A DNA stretch of 40,654 nucleotides from an uncultured Gammaproteobacteria bacterium (GTDB lineage Bacteria > Patescibacteriota > Microgenomatia > UBA8517): the NCBI GenBank assembly GCA_964431555.1, contig CAYSJW010000019.1:1-40654 (forward strand), in the 5' to 3' direction. Shown here piece after piece: positions 17,505 through 27,482 of this stretch (position 1 is its first letter; the number at the start of each line of letters is the position of its first letter). Position numbers and translations under genes: made by a program. The notes beneath the pieces were generated by a model. It was not told where the DNA came from. It saw nothing but the letters and a program-made list of their open reading frames with translations, and searched no databases.

Positions 17505-17602
17505 TAAGAAATCCACAGCCTAAAGGCCGTGGATTTCTTGGCTTCATCTAAACTATTCTACATCTACACGCTAAAGCGCCTTGCTTTATAGATGTAGTAA
17601 AA
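17503..17602. repeat. ~100-bp double-hairpin dispersed repeat, copy 2
   Basis: aagaaatccacagcc-taaa-ggccgtggatttctt (one mismatch), plus ctacatcta...cgctaaagcg...tagatgtag. Confidence 0.8.
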
Positions 17603-17654
17603 ATCCATCTTAAACCTCAAAAGAAAACACTCTTGTGTTAAAATATAGGCTGAA

Positions 17655-20405
17655 ATGGATCCCAAAATATTTTTTACCCAAAAAGAAAGACTTGTCCCGA
17701 AATTACCTAAAGAAATCTTAATATATATATTGAAATTTCTTTCTTTGCTTGGTAAACCGTTTTTCATTATCCTTTTTCTTTCCTTTGCTTTAATTCTCAA
17801 TACACTAAATATTTTAGTGTCTGTCATCAACTCTGTTTGGAAAATCTATAAAAAATCAAAACTCAATCGCAAAAGATTGATCATTTACAAGAAAAAAGGG
17901 TTGATCTTTTCTGCATTAAAGGAAAACTTTTACCAGAAAATAAATACTCTAAAGAACTTTCTCCAAAAACTTGCAGAAAAGTGGATTAAAATCACAACAA
18001 ATTTGACTAAAAAACCAAAAGAATTTCTTTGGAGATTTGAAGTCTTTACAATCGCTTTAGGGAAACTGGTTAAAAAAACATCAACATTTTTAAAAATAAA
18101 ATACCACCCCAAAAAAATTCTTTACCTTTCTTACCTCAAATTAAGTCTATTTCTTATTAAAACAAATGAAAAAATTAAAAAGATAAAAATTGTAAAAATT
18201 CCCAAACTCTCTTTCGTAAAGATATTAAGCCTCTTATTAGCAATTACATTTATAACGGGTTTTTTAGGTGGAATGATGTTTTGGTATTTTATTTTAAAAG
18301 ACTTACCCTCGCCTTTAGAATTAAAAACTAGGAAACAAACGGTGTCCACAAAAATTTACGATAGAAACGGAATACTCTTATATAACATCTATAGAGATCA
18401 AAACCGAACATTAGTTCCCCTTAACGAAATTCCAGCCCATGTTAAACTGGCTACAATTGCCGCAGAAGATGCTGAATTTTATACCCATCCAGGTTTCTCT
18501 ATAAAAGGAATTGTCAGGGCTGTCTTAAAATACTATAAAGAAAAGAAACTCACAGGAGGTTCAACAATTACTCAACAATTGGTTAAAAACGCTCTCCTTA
18601 CGCCGGAAAAGACCTTAATAAGAAAAATAAAGGAAATTATTTTAGCTATAGAAGTAGAACTTACCTTTACAAAAGACCAGATTCTTGAGATGTATCTTAA
18701 TGAGGTGCCTTATGGAGGAACAACCTACGGAATACAAGAAGCCTCCAGAACATACTTCGGCAAAGATGTTAAAAATCTTAGTTTAGCTGAAGCCGCACTT
18801 TTAGCCGGACTTCCCAAAAGTCCCACAGAATATTCTCCATTTGGAGCAAACCCCGAACTTACTAAAGAACGTCAGAAAGAAGTACTTAATCTTATGAAAA
18901 TAAACGGTTTTATTAAAGACGAACAAATGAAAAGTGCAGAAAATGAAGAAATTAAATTTGCCAATCCAAAAACAGATATTAAAGCTCCCCACTTTGTTAT
19001 GTACATAAGACAAATGCTGGAAAAAGAATACGGAAAAAATCTAATAGATTCCGGAGGACTAGAAATAATTACCTCTCTTGATTATTCCATCCAACTACTT
19101 TCCGAAAAGATAGTCAAAGAAGAACTGGAAAAACTTACCAAACTGCATGTTACAAACGCAGCAGTTATTGTACTAGATCCAAAAACTGGAGAAATACTGG
19201 CTATGGTAGGATCAAAGGACTACTTTGACACAAAAAATAACGGAAATGTAAATGTCACTCTAAGACCAAGACAACCAGGTTCTTCGATAAAAGTAATCAA
19301 TTATGCCTACGCCCTATCCAATGGAATGAATTTAACCACAGTGATTCCAGACTCTCCGGTTACTTTTCTTGTTGATGGTCAACCTCCTTACACTCCCAAA
19401 AATTATGAAGGCAATTTTCGCGGAAATATAACACTAAGAAGCGCGCTTGCCGAAAGCAGAAACATTCCCGCTGTCCGAGTCTTAGCCTCATATGGTGTTG
19501 AAAAAATGATCGATTTGGGGAAAAAAATGGGTATCACAACCTGGCAGGACCCCAAAAACTACGGCCTTTCATTAACATTGGGAGGAGGAGAAGTAAAACT
19601 TATTGATCTAGCTTTGGTTTACGCTACAATCGCAAACTACGGGGAACGCCCCAATCTCACACCCTTGATTAAAATCTCGGATTACCAAAAAAATATAATC
19701 TTTGAATCAAAATGCAAAAATGACAAAAACGATTTCCTGATCGCACAAGCCTTAGCTTCAAATAGTGCATCTTTTAAAAATGACAAGAATTGCAAAGGAG
19801 CACAAGTTCTTGATCCACGAGTTGCTTACCTAATAACCGATGTGCTAAAAGACAATCTCGCCCGCTCCCCCACCTTTGGACTCAATTCCCTAATGCTAAT
19901 CCCGAATCACCTTGAAGTCGCAGTAAAAACTGGAACAAGCAACAATCTGCGTGATAACTTAACAATCGGTTATAACCAAGACTACGTAGTTGCAGTCTGG
20001 GTAGGAAATAATGACAACTCACCAATGGAAAGAATTGCATCAGGAATAACCGGTGCCACACCAATATGGAATAAAATAATGACCGCGCTAACAGCCAATA
20101 AAGAAAGTAAGGAATGGGTAGTACCAGATGGAATTGTTTCAGCTTTAATTTGCCCCTATACAAATACTCTAGCATGCCAAGGTTGTGCAAACAGAAAAGA
20201 GCTCTTTCTAGAAGAAAATTTACCTCAAAAAGCCTGTGACCCTAAATGGTTTTTAATAAAAGAAAATAGCGAAAACAAAGATTTAGAGTCAAATAATTTA
20301 GATCAAAATGACATTAAAAATAATGAAATAGAGACAAAACCAGAAATAGTCAAGGTCGACTATAAAAATCGGTTTTTCCCCAAAAATAGAAAGAAAACAC
20401 TTTAA
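17655..20405 (+). CDS. Class A penicillin-binding protein with long basic N-terminal extension
   Basis: EDAEFYTH, GGSTITQQLVKN, RKIKE; GSSIK, SRN, KTGT. About 190 Lys-rich/hydrophobic residues precede the TM anchor. Confidence 0.95.
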   Translation: MDPKIFFTQKERLVPKLPKEILIYILKFLSLLGKPFFIILFLSFALILNTLNILVSVINSVWKIYKKSKLNRKRLIIYKKKGLIFSALKENFYQKINTLKNFLQKLAEKWIKITTNLTKKPKEFLWRFEVFTIALGKLVKKTSTFLKIKYHPKKILYLSYLKLSLFLIKTNEKIKKIKIVKIPKLSFVKILSLLLAITFITGFLGGMMFWYFILKDLPSPLELKTRKQTVSTKIYDRNGILLYNIYRDQNRTLVPLNEIPAHVKLATIAAEDAEFYTHPGFSIKGIVRAVLKYYKEKKLTGGSTITQQLVKNALLTPEKTLIRKIKEIILAIEVELTFTKDQILEMYLNEVPYGGTTYGIQEASRTYFGKDVKNLSLAEAALLAGLPKSPTEYSPFGANPELTKERQKEVLNLMKINGFIKDEQMKSAENEEIKFANPKTDIKAPHFVMYIRQMLEKEYGKNLIDSGGLEIITSLDYSIQLLSEKIVKEELEKLTKLHVTNAAVIVLDPKTGEILAMVGSKDYFDTKNNGNVNVTLRPRQPGSSIKVINYAYALSNGMNLTTVIPDSPVTFLVDGQPPYTPKNYEGNFRGNITLRSALAESRNIPAVRVLASYGVEKMIDLGKKMGITTWQDPKNYGLSLTLGGGEVKLIDLALVYATIANYGERPNLTPLIKISDYQKNIIFESKCKNDKNDFLIAQALASNSASFKNDKNCKGAQVLDPRVAYLITDVLKDNLARSPTFGLNSLMLIPNHLEVAVKTGTSNNLRDNLTIGYNQDYVVAVWVGNNDNSPMERIASGITGATPIWNKIMTALTANKESKEWVVPDGIVSALICPYTNTLACQGCANRKELFLEENLPQKACDPKWFLIKENSENKDLESNNLDQNDIKNNEIETKPEIVKVDYKNRFFPKNRKKTL

Positions 20406-20411
20406 AACCGT

Positions 20412-21497
20412 CTACTCAACATTTTCTTCCTCAAAGATAACCTTTGATATCAACGGAAAGGCAATATCAGCTTCTTTTTCCACAATACCCTTACTCATAA
20501 TAACTACTATATAAGGCTTTTTTGAAAAAACTATCCCCGCATCGTTAATAACATGAAGCTCTTTTCCAAATTTATGAGCTACACGAACATCTTCTGGAAC
20601 ACCGGCTGCAAGATAATTTTCATAACTCGTCTTTGTCAAATATTCCAAAAACTCTTCTCTAAAATCATCACCCAGCAATTCCCTAAGATAAAGTTTCTTA
20701 AAGAAAATGGCTATGTCTTTTGGCGTCGTTTTCTGTTTATCCCCCAAAACTGTCGTTCTCTCCATCCCTACAAACCTAACAATTTTCTCTATCCTCTCCT
20801 TTCCCAAAATATTTTTGGCAATATTATATGCGGTATTATCCGATTCTTTACCCATATAACGGATGAGCTCACGGTAAGACAAAACAAAGCCTTCAGGTTT
20901 GGACCTTAAGGATCCGGATCCTGATAGTTTGTCCGATTTCTTTAATACATACTCAGTTTCAGGATCAAAATTACCAGTTTCAAACCCCATAAAAAGTCCG
21001 AGCATAACAGGGAGCTTATTCAAAGAAGCAGGTTCAAACACTTCCTCCTCATTAAAACCGTAGGAAAAATCCCTCTCCAAATCTATAACATAGAAACCGT
21101 ACACCCCGCTTAAACCTTTGGTTATTTCATTAAACCTTGAAACCACTTTATTTGAAATCTCTCTTTCCTTTTTTCTCCCCTCAATTATTATTCTTTCTTC
21201 ACTCAATAAAGGCAATCCAATTTTGGGTAACTTAAAATTTAATCTGGGTAAACCGGGAAGTTTCCAAGAACGAGAGGTTAGAGTAAAAAAAGCCGAAATT
21301 AAGGAAAAGGTCATTACTATAAATAAAATAAATAGTCTTTCCTTCCTACCCCAGGGTTTTTTTGGTTCCTTTCTCCTTTTTCGATTCTCGGGCTTAAGAT
21401 CTTTAAAGTCCTTTGTTCTAGGTCTCTTTCTAACCTTCACTTCCTCCAATTCCTCTTCTTCAAAATCCTCGTCTTCTTTTTTTCCAAACGCCATCAT
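20412..21497 (-). CDS. Membrane-anchored serine hydrolase, class A beta-lactamase-like fold
   Basis: PASLNK (SxxK), SDN, HKFG (KTG variant); TM helix near the N-terminus. Confidence 0.85.
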   Translation of the reverse strand: MMAFGKKEDEDFEEEELEEVKVRKRPRTKDFKDLKPENRKRRKEPKKPWGRKERLFILFIVMTFSLISAFFTLTSRSWKLPGLPRLNFKLPKIGLPLLSEERIIIEGRKKEREISNKVVSRFNEITKGLSGVYGFYVIDLERDFSYGFNEEEVFEPASLNKLPVMLGLFMGFETGNFDPETEYVLKKSDKLSGSGSLRSKPEGFVLSYRELIRYMGKESDNTAYNIAKNILGKERIEKIVRFVGMERTTVLGDKQKTTPKDIAIFFKKLYLRELLGDDFREEFLEYLTKTSYENYLAAGVPEDVRVAHKFGKELHVINDAGIVFSKKPYIVVIMSKGIVEKEADIAFPLISKVIFEEENVE

Positions 21498-21586
21498 TGA
21501 TAGATAAATTTTATATCACTTTGCTGCCCAGATACAAAAAATTTCTTAAACACACCGGAGGATTAAAATTTCAAAGTGGTAAAACC

Positions 21587-22582
21587 TCAGATTTCAACAA
21601 CTCCTACTTGACTGCTTTTAGCCCTCTCAAGCCATAAAGGTATATCGTTTTCTTTCAACAAACCTTTCTGCGAACCAATATAACCAATAACAGAGGCTGA
21701 ATTTACTACTCCCCACAAAAGCGCTTCTTCCAAACTCTTACCCTTGATCAATGCTGAAATACAAGCTGATCCAAAAGCATCGCCGGCTCCGGTTCTCTCA
21801 TAAGGATCAACTGGTAACACACCCGCTTTCATAAACTTTACTCCATCATAGGCAAATGCCCCATTGGAACCATCTGTTATGATAGAAATTTTTGGACCTA
21901 TACTGGAAAGAGCTTTTAAAAGATCTTTATCTCTCCCATGAGAGTCACTAATTCCGGTTAATGTTTCAGCCTCCTCCCTGTTTACATAAATAATGTAGGT
22001 TCTTTTAAGTACAGGTTTCAAAACATTAGTTCCTGCTCTTATTTGGCGAGACCCCGGATTGAAAGCTAACTTTATCTGAGAGTTTTGAGAAACAAAATCT
22101 ATCAAATGATCATAAAATGGTTGAAAACTTTCCCCCATAGATGTCAAATAAATCCAGGGAGTAACCGGAAGATTACCAGGAAACTCATAAGACCTTGGAG
22201 CGTGATAGGTAAAAATAGTTCTCTCACCCGAATAATTAATTATCGCGGAAAGATTCGAGCTAGTCATAGGCTGTTGAACAACCCAATTCATATTAACTCC
22301 CTCCTTTTCTAATCTTTCAACTATCTGGCTACCAATTGAGTCTCCTCCCAATGTTGCAACAATTCCAACTTTTACTCCCAACCTTGCCGCTCCCACTGCA
22401 TTATTTGCCGCATTTCCTCCAATTGAGTATTCAACCTTCTTAACCGGTATTTTTTCACCATAAGAAAAGCAAATTAAACACTTTTTAATATCCGTAAAAC
22501 AGAGCGATTCGCTTTCAGTAGGAATCAAAAAAATATCCAGCGAAGCATCACCGATTGATAAAAGTTCCAATTCGCTACTCAT
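21587..22582 (-). CDS. PfkB/ribokinase-family carbohydrate kinase
   Basis: GGNAANNAVGAARLG, FNPG, VNREEA, TDGSNGA, ERTGAGDAF. Start moved to ATG 22582 (MSSELE), overlapping the fba stop. Confidence 0.9.
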   Translation of the reverse strand: MSSELELLSIGDASLDIFLIPTESESLCFTDIKKCLICFSYGEKIPVKKVEYSIGGNAANNAVGAARLGVKVGIVATLGGDSIGSQIVERLEKEGVNMNWVVQQPMTSSNLSAIINYSGERTIFTYHAPRSYEFPGNLPVTPWIYLTSMGESFQPFYDHLIDFVSQNSQIKLAFNPGSRQIRAGTNVLKPVLKRTYIIYVNREEAETLTGISDSHGRDKDLLKALSSIGPKISIITDGSNGAFAYDGVKFMKAGVLPVDPYERTGAGDAFGSACISALIKGKSLEEALLWGVVNSASVIGYIGSQKGLLKENDIPLWLERAKSSQVGVVEI

Positions 22583-23591
22583 TCTCCATCTCCTTTCTAT
22601 ATTCCCCTCTCCTGGCAAGACTGTTAAGTTTTGCTCTTTTGTAAAAAGCGCTTTGGGCACTTTTAATGTTTTCTCTTTTTCCCTGCCAAGCTTTTAGCAC
22701 TGGTTCTTGCAAAGCTCTACCAAAAGAAAAGCTAAACTCACAATCTATCTTCTTTATTTTATTAATTTCATTTAAATTCTCTGTTGCCTCAAACGGACTT
22801 TGCCCACCTGATAAAAAAACAATTCCAGGAAGCTCTTCAGGAATTAAACTTTCAAAACATCTAAGTGTTGCTTCAGCTACCTCAAAAGAAGATGGTTTTT
22901 TAAGACTTTCCTTTCCTGCAATAACCATATTCGGCTTAAGCAAAATCCCGGCTAAATCAATTCTATGATCCCTTAACTTTTTGAAAAGCAATTCTAGAAC
23001 TTTATTAGTTACCTCTTCACATTTTTCCAAGCTGTGGTCTCCGTCCATCAAGACTTCGGGCTCAACAATAGGCAAAAGATCAGCTTCTTGAGACAGACCG
23101 GCAAATCTAGCCAAAGATTCGCAATTTGTCTCAATACAGACATCTGTTGGTTTGTCAACTCCAATAGAAAAAACAGCTCTCCATTTTGTAAACTCTGCAC
23201 CCAAACTTTTATAATCTTTTAGTCTCTCTCTTAATCCATCCAAACCTTCAGTAATTTTTTCTCCTGGAAAATTCTCAAAGTCCACCGTCCCCTTATCAAC
23301 CTTAATTCCAGGAACAACACCTTTCTCTTTAAGAAGATTGGAAAAGGGAATTCCTTCATCTGATTTTTGTTTTATCGTCTCATCAAAAAGAATAACTCCT
23401 GATATAAATTCTTCAATACCCGGCGTGGTAAAAAGTATCTGCCTGTAAACCCTGTTTGTCTCGGGATTAGATTCTACTCCCACCGAACTTAATCTCTTTT
23501 TCATCGTCATTGTACTCTCATCTGCTGCCAATATCCCCTTACCTGAAGCAACAAGACTTTTCGCAAGATTACGAAGTTTATCTTTATCCAT
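22575..23591 (-). CDS. fba: Class I fructose-bisphosphate aldolase (eukaryote-like glycolytic family)
   Basis: GKGILAADES, GVILFDET, PGIKVDKG, KWR, PIVEPEVLMDG, LLKPNMV (Schiff-base Lys), FLSGGQS, SFGRALQ. Confidence 0.95.
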   Translation of the reverse strand: MDKDKLRNLAKSLVASGKGILAADESTMTMKKRLSSVGVESNPETNRVYRQILFTTPGIEEFISGVILFDETIKQKSDEGIPFSNLLKEKGVVPGIKVDKGTVDFENFPGEKITEGLDGLRERLKDYKSLGAEFTKWRAVFSIGVDKPTDVCIETNCESLARFAGLSQEADLLPIVEPEVLMDGDHSLEKCEEVTNKVLELLFKKLRDHRIDLAGILLKPNMVIAGKESLKKPSSFEVAEATLRCFESLIPEELPGIVFLSGGQSPFEATENLNEINKIKKIDCEFSFSFGRALQEPVLKAWQGKRENIKSAQSAFYKRAKLNSLARRGEYRKEMENE

Positions 23592-23679
23592 ATTTCAAAT
23601 TTAACATTTTATTAAGTTAATCAACAAGAGTAAAATCTAATCTACATTGAAGATTATCTTTTCATGATAGATAATTTAT

Positions 23680-24207
23680 ATGAGCATGGAAAACAAAAAA
23701 GAACTACAAGCCAAAAAACTAGATCCTTTTGATTTGGAAATCTTTACAAGCCTAAATTCCTATCTAAAACCTAAAAAACCCTTTTGGCAGGAAATACTCG
23801 AAAAAAACTCTGTTAAAACCGTTCTTACAATTATCCTACTTTTATTTCTTTTTGGATCAACCTTCCTGATTGCGGAAAAAATAGCCAAACCAACTCTTAC
23901 TATTTCCAAAGCGGATATTAAATACGTCCCGCAGGCAAAAATAAATATCCCCACTTATATTCCACAAAATCAAATCAAAAATAAAGTAAGTAACTGCCAA
24001 GAAGTAAAAGAAAAGTACGAAAAACAAACATTTTTATACTCTTTTTGTCAAGGAGAAATATGTAAAAACCAAAAAAATAAAGAATCTTGTGAATCAGTAG
24101 ATGTGATCGTCTTAAAGGATGAATTTTTATCAGAGGAAAGCGGACAAGATGGAATACAGGATTGTTTATGGGTTAATGAAGAATCCCTTTGCAAACCCAG
24201 ATATTAA
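23680..24207 (+). CDS. Hypothetical single-pass membrane protein with Cys-rich extracellular domain
   Basis: TM helix at about aa 47-65; six Cys in the C-terminal half. Confidence 0.65.
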   Translation: MSMENKKELQAKKLDPFDLEIFTSLNSYLKPKKPFWQEILEKNSVKTVLTIILLLFLFGSTFLIAEKIAKPTLTISKADIKYVPQAKINIPTYIPQNQIKNKVSNCQEVKEKYEKQTFLYSFCQGEICKNQKNKESCESVDVIVLKDEFLSEESGQDGIQDCLWVNEESLCKPRY

Positions 24208-24257
24208 AAAGATTGACAACCACTTCTCAATAAGTTCATAATGATCTTAGATTTAAA

Positions 24258-25193
24258 ATGACTGAATGGATAAAGAGAAATAAAATCTGGGTAATCTTTA
24301 TTCTTCTAATCTCATACTTTTTAGTTAAATTTATAAGCTCTTTTTTTGGCATAAACCTTTTTAGCACAAGCACCAAAACTGTTTCCAAAAGTGCCTATCC
24401 CAATCCTGAAAGCATAAATTTAGCAACAGATGGTCAATATTACGGTTTAAAAGACATTAAAATCAGAGAGCCTTACTCTCCCGCCGGCGATTATACTCCA
24501 CAAACTGACACTGAAAATCGTCTGGTAATCAAGGAGTCTAATATGTCCCTTCTTGTAAAAAATGTCACAGATGCAAGAAATAAAATTGTTGAATATGCAC
24601 AGAAAAGCGGTGGTTACATGGTATCCTCAAGTGTTTCAAACCCACAAGACACACCTTCAGCAACTGTTGTTATCAGAATACCTTCGGAAAAACTAGAAGA
24701 GTCTCTGGAATTTTTCCGATCCCTTTCTGTAAAGGTAGTATCAGAAAATCTATTAGGACAAGATGTTACCGATCAGTATATAGATATTGATAAACACATC
24801 CTGCAACTTGAAAGGTCAAAAGCGAGACTTGAGGAAATTCTTGAGAAGGCCGAAAATATTACAGACATAACCAACCTAACACAACAGATCATCAATTACC
24901 AAAATCAAATTGACTCTTATAAAGGCCAGCAGGACTATTTGGAAAAAAATGCCCAACTTGCAAAACTAACAATCTATATTTCCACAGATGAAATAGCCCT
25001 TCCTTATACTCCAAGCGAAACCTTCAGACCAGCGGTAATATTAAAACTCGCAGTAAGATCGCTCATTAAGACTTTAAGAGGTTTGGCAACACTTGGAATT
25101 TGGATTGGAGTATACGCTGTTATCTGGGTTCCTACACTAGGTGTCTACATCTTCCTTAAGAAGTGGCTAAAAAAAAGAAATCTTTCAAAATAA
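24258..25193 (+). CDS. DUF4349-like membrane protein
   Basis: RLVIKES...GGYMVSS...IRIPSE...GQDVTDQYID coiled coil and C-terminal TM. Promoter-like ttgaca-18-cataat at 24213-24242. Confidence 0.85.
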   Translation: MTEWIKRNKIWVIFILLISYFLVKFISSFFGINLFSTSTKTVSKSAYPNPESINLATDGQYYGLKDIKIREPYSPAGDYTPQTDTENRLVIKESNMSLLVKNVTDARNKIVEYAQKSGGYMVSSSVSNPQDTPSATVVIRIPSEKLEESLEFFRSLSVKVVSENLLGQDVTDQYIDIDKHILQLERSKARLEEILEKAENITDITNLTQQIINYQNQIDSYKGQQDYLEKNAQLAKLTIYISTDEIALPYTPSETFRPAVILKLAVRSLIKTLRGLATLGIWIGVYAVIWVPTLGVYIFLKKWLKKRNLSK

Positions 25194-25243
25194 AAATCTA
25201 ATCAGCTTTTTAATACTTTCTGCTAAATTACTCAAAAATAAGA

Positions 25244-25546
25244 TTAATTTTTAAAGAATTTTTTATAAAACAACTCAATTTCCCCAAACAGTTTAATAAT
25301 AATTCCAATAAACAAAACCAAGCCTGCCGGAAAAGTCAAAAATACAATTAAAACTGAAAAAATCACGCCTTCAAGCCCACAACCGTTTTTGCAAATGATA
25401 AGAGCCAGATATATTGGAGTGAAAAAAAGCAAAAGCATTACGCCCCAAAATATTTTGGCTCCTCTACTTCCCTTCTTCGTCCATCTAAATACCCAGATAA
25501 GAAAAAATAAAATATGAAAAATAAAAAATAAAAAGACTTTACTCAC
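25244..25546 (-). CDS. Small three-TM hypothetical protein
   Basis: GTG start overlaps the transketolase stop (GTGA); three hydrophobic segments; CxxxC loop. Confidence 0.55.
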   Translation of the reverse strand: MSKVFLFFIFHILFFLIWVFRWTKKGSRGAKIFWGVMLLLFFTPIYLALIICKNGCGLEGVIFSVLIVFLTFPAGLVLFIGIIIKLFGEIELFYKKFFKN

Positions 25547-26571
25547 TTTCGTCTATCTATCACCCTTTTAACCGCTCTAATTACATATTTTGACTTCAAC
25601 TTATATTTTTCCAACAATTCATCCGGTTCTCCTGACTCTCCAAACGAATCACGCACACCAATAAATTCCATTGGAACAGGATATTGTTTAGTCAATAATT
25701 CTGCTATTGCGCTACCTAAACCCCCTGCGATTTGATGCTCCTCCACTGTTACAACAGCTCCTGTTTTCTTAGCTACCTCAATAATTTTATTTTCATCCAA
25801 AGGTTTTATGGTATGACAATTGACAACAATCGTTTTTATATCCTCTTTCTCCAACTCCTTAGCTGCAAGCAGGGCTTCATAAACCAAAGGTCCACAGGCA
25901 ATTATAGTTACACTGTTGATGATGGGTGATTGGTGATTGGTTGATAGTCCAGAAACAACAGAATCCCAAAAAATTTCTGCCCTGCCTATCTTAAATGGCG
26001 AATCTTGCGTTGTTATAACCGGCGTTGCTTCTCTCGTAAACCTCAAATAAGTTGGTTTACCGTTAAAGGCAGCCTCCACAACCGCCTTTTTAGCTTCAAT
26101 CGCATCGCAGGGAACAACAACGATCATATTAGGCAGAACTCTCATCAAGGCTATATCTTCAAGCGCCTGGTGAGTTGCTCCATCAGGACCAACCGAAACT
26201 CCGGTATGGTGGCCTGCAATTTTTACCGGAACATTATTTAGAGCAACTGTAGTTCTTATCTGCTCCCAATTGCGCCCGGGAGAAAATGTAGCGTAAGATG
26301 CAATAAAAGGAATTTTGCCATAATTTGCCATCCCTGATGCCACAGTTGCCAAAGCCTGCTCTGCAACCCCAACTTCAATAAATCTATCTGGAAACTCTTT
26401 TTTAAAATAATCAGTTCTGGTTGATTCTGTTACATCGGCGCACAAAGCAACAACCCGAGAATCTTTCCTTCCTGCTTCAACCAAACCTTCTCCATAACCG
26501 TTTCTGGTAGGAATCTTCTCTATATCCTCTGTAAATATTTCCTCTGATAATCTCGCTTTTTTATTAAGCAT
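25543..26571 (-). CDS. tkt: Transketolase, C-terminal (pyrimidine-binding) subunit
   Basis: EVGVAEQ, GPDGATHQALED, YLRFTR, VTVEEH, GGLG. ATG at 26571 preferred. Confidence 0.93.
   Translation of the reverse strand: MLNKKARLSEEIFTEDIEKIPTRNGYGEGLVEAGRKDSRVVALCADVTESTRTDYFKKEFPDRFIEVGVAEQALATVASGMANYGKIPFIASYATFSPGRNWEQIRTTVALNNVPVKIAGHHTGVSVGPDGATHQALEDIALMRVLPNMIVVVPCDAIEAKKAVVEAAFNGKPTYLRFTREATPVITTQDSPFKIGRAEIFWDSVVSGLSTNHQSPIINSVTIIACGPLVYEALLAAKELEKEDIKTIVVNCHTIKPLDENKIIEVAKKTGAVVTVEEHQIAGGLGSAIAELLTKQYPVPMEFIGVRDSFGESGEPDELLEKYKLKSKYVIRAVKRVIDRRK
25914..25947. repeat. 7-nt tandem repeat tract inside the transketolase coding sequence
   Basis: tgttga tgatggg tgattgg tgattgg ttgatag, encoding LSTNHQSPIIN on the minus strand. 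Confidence 0.6.
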
Positions 26572-26703
26572 AACCTTTACATTAACTCCAAAATTTCTTG
26601 GCAATAAAATAGAAAAAAACCGACAGAAAACATCGCTAATTTCTTAAATGGCTGAGTATCTTCATAAAAAGTGCGCAATTAAAAAAATCTTTTTTACATT
26701 CTC

Positions 26704-26740
26704 AACTGTAACTTTAAACTTTGCACTTTGAATTTTTAAC
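26704..26740. repeat. Intergenic 7-nt tandem repeat tract
   Basis: aactgta actttaa actttgc actttga attttta ac. Confidence 0.55.
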
Positions 26741-27263
26741 TCTTCTTTCCGGAATCTCTCCATTTCCTGTACTCGGGGTCGTTTTGAAGATTATAATAAT
26801 GTTGCGTCTCAATTAAGGCAAAATCAACATATTCACGATTACCAGCCAAATAATCTAAAAGCAACTTTTTTGTATAAAAAGCAGTAAATTCTGAAGTGTC
26901 CATTTTTTCAATATCATAAGCGTTTACCCATCTGTAATCATTTATTCTTCCCTTTACTTCAAACTCCTTAAAAACTTTAGCAACTGCGATAAACATCAAA
27001 ACGGTCCTATCCGTATGCAATAATTCCTCAATCTTATATATCCCCAACGGTTCAATCTCCACACCAATCTCTTCCTGAAGAATACGTTTTAAAGCATCCC
27101 GTAAAGATTCTTTTAACTTTGGTCTCCCTCCCGGCAAGCCCCAGTGCAAAGGCATCCATTCATCACTTTCTGGTTCCTGTATAAGAAGTATGTTTCCTTC
27201 CTGGTTCTCTATAATCATCTTTGCCGAATTAATCTTTTTATAGTTATAATTTATATCTTTCAT
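26736..27263 (-). CDS. Nudix hydrolase
   Basis: WGLPGGRPKLKESLRDALKRILQEEIGV: Nudix box with RI in place of RE. Confidence 0.85.
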   Translation of the reverse strand: MKDINYNYKKINSAKMIIENQEGNILLIQEPESDEWMPLHWGLPGGRPKLKESLRDALKRILQEEIGVEIEPLGIYKIEELLHTDRTVLMFIAVAKVFKEFEVKGRINDYRWVNAYDIEKMDTSEFTAFYTKKLLLDYLAGNREYVDFALIETQHYYNLQNDPEYRKWRDSGKKS

Positions 27264-27266
27264 AGA

Positions 27267-27482
27267 TTAAAAGGTTACACACTTAGTTTTAAACAATAAC
27301 TTCAACAGTCTTTTCTCTATCGGTTCTGGCCCAATTCTCGGCATACAATCAATAGGAAATTTTATAAATGTTCTGACAAGCAAGTAGAGGACAGATACAA
27401 AAACGACTATCAGTAAAATCTTTATTAAAATTTTTTTCGATTTTAAATTCTTTGCTCTTACCAATGTATCAGTCTCACTCAT
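27267..27482 (-). CDS. Small single-TM hypothetical protein
   Basis: Overlaps the transketolase N-subunit stop; TM helix then IDCMP...C. Confidence 0.55.
   Translation of the reverse strand: MSETDTLVRAKNLKSKKILIKILLIVVFVSVLYLLVRTFIKFPIDCMPRIGPEPIEKRLLKLLFKTKCVTF

Noticed and set aside
20412-21497. Beta-lactam resistance gene
   Set aside because: Fold motifs are present, but KTG is KFG, no clear Glu166-type omega-loop motif is visible, and the protein is membrane-anchored beside PBPs. Cell-wall hydrolase is at least as likely.
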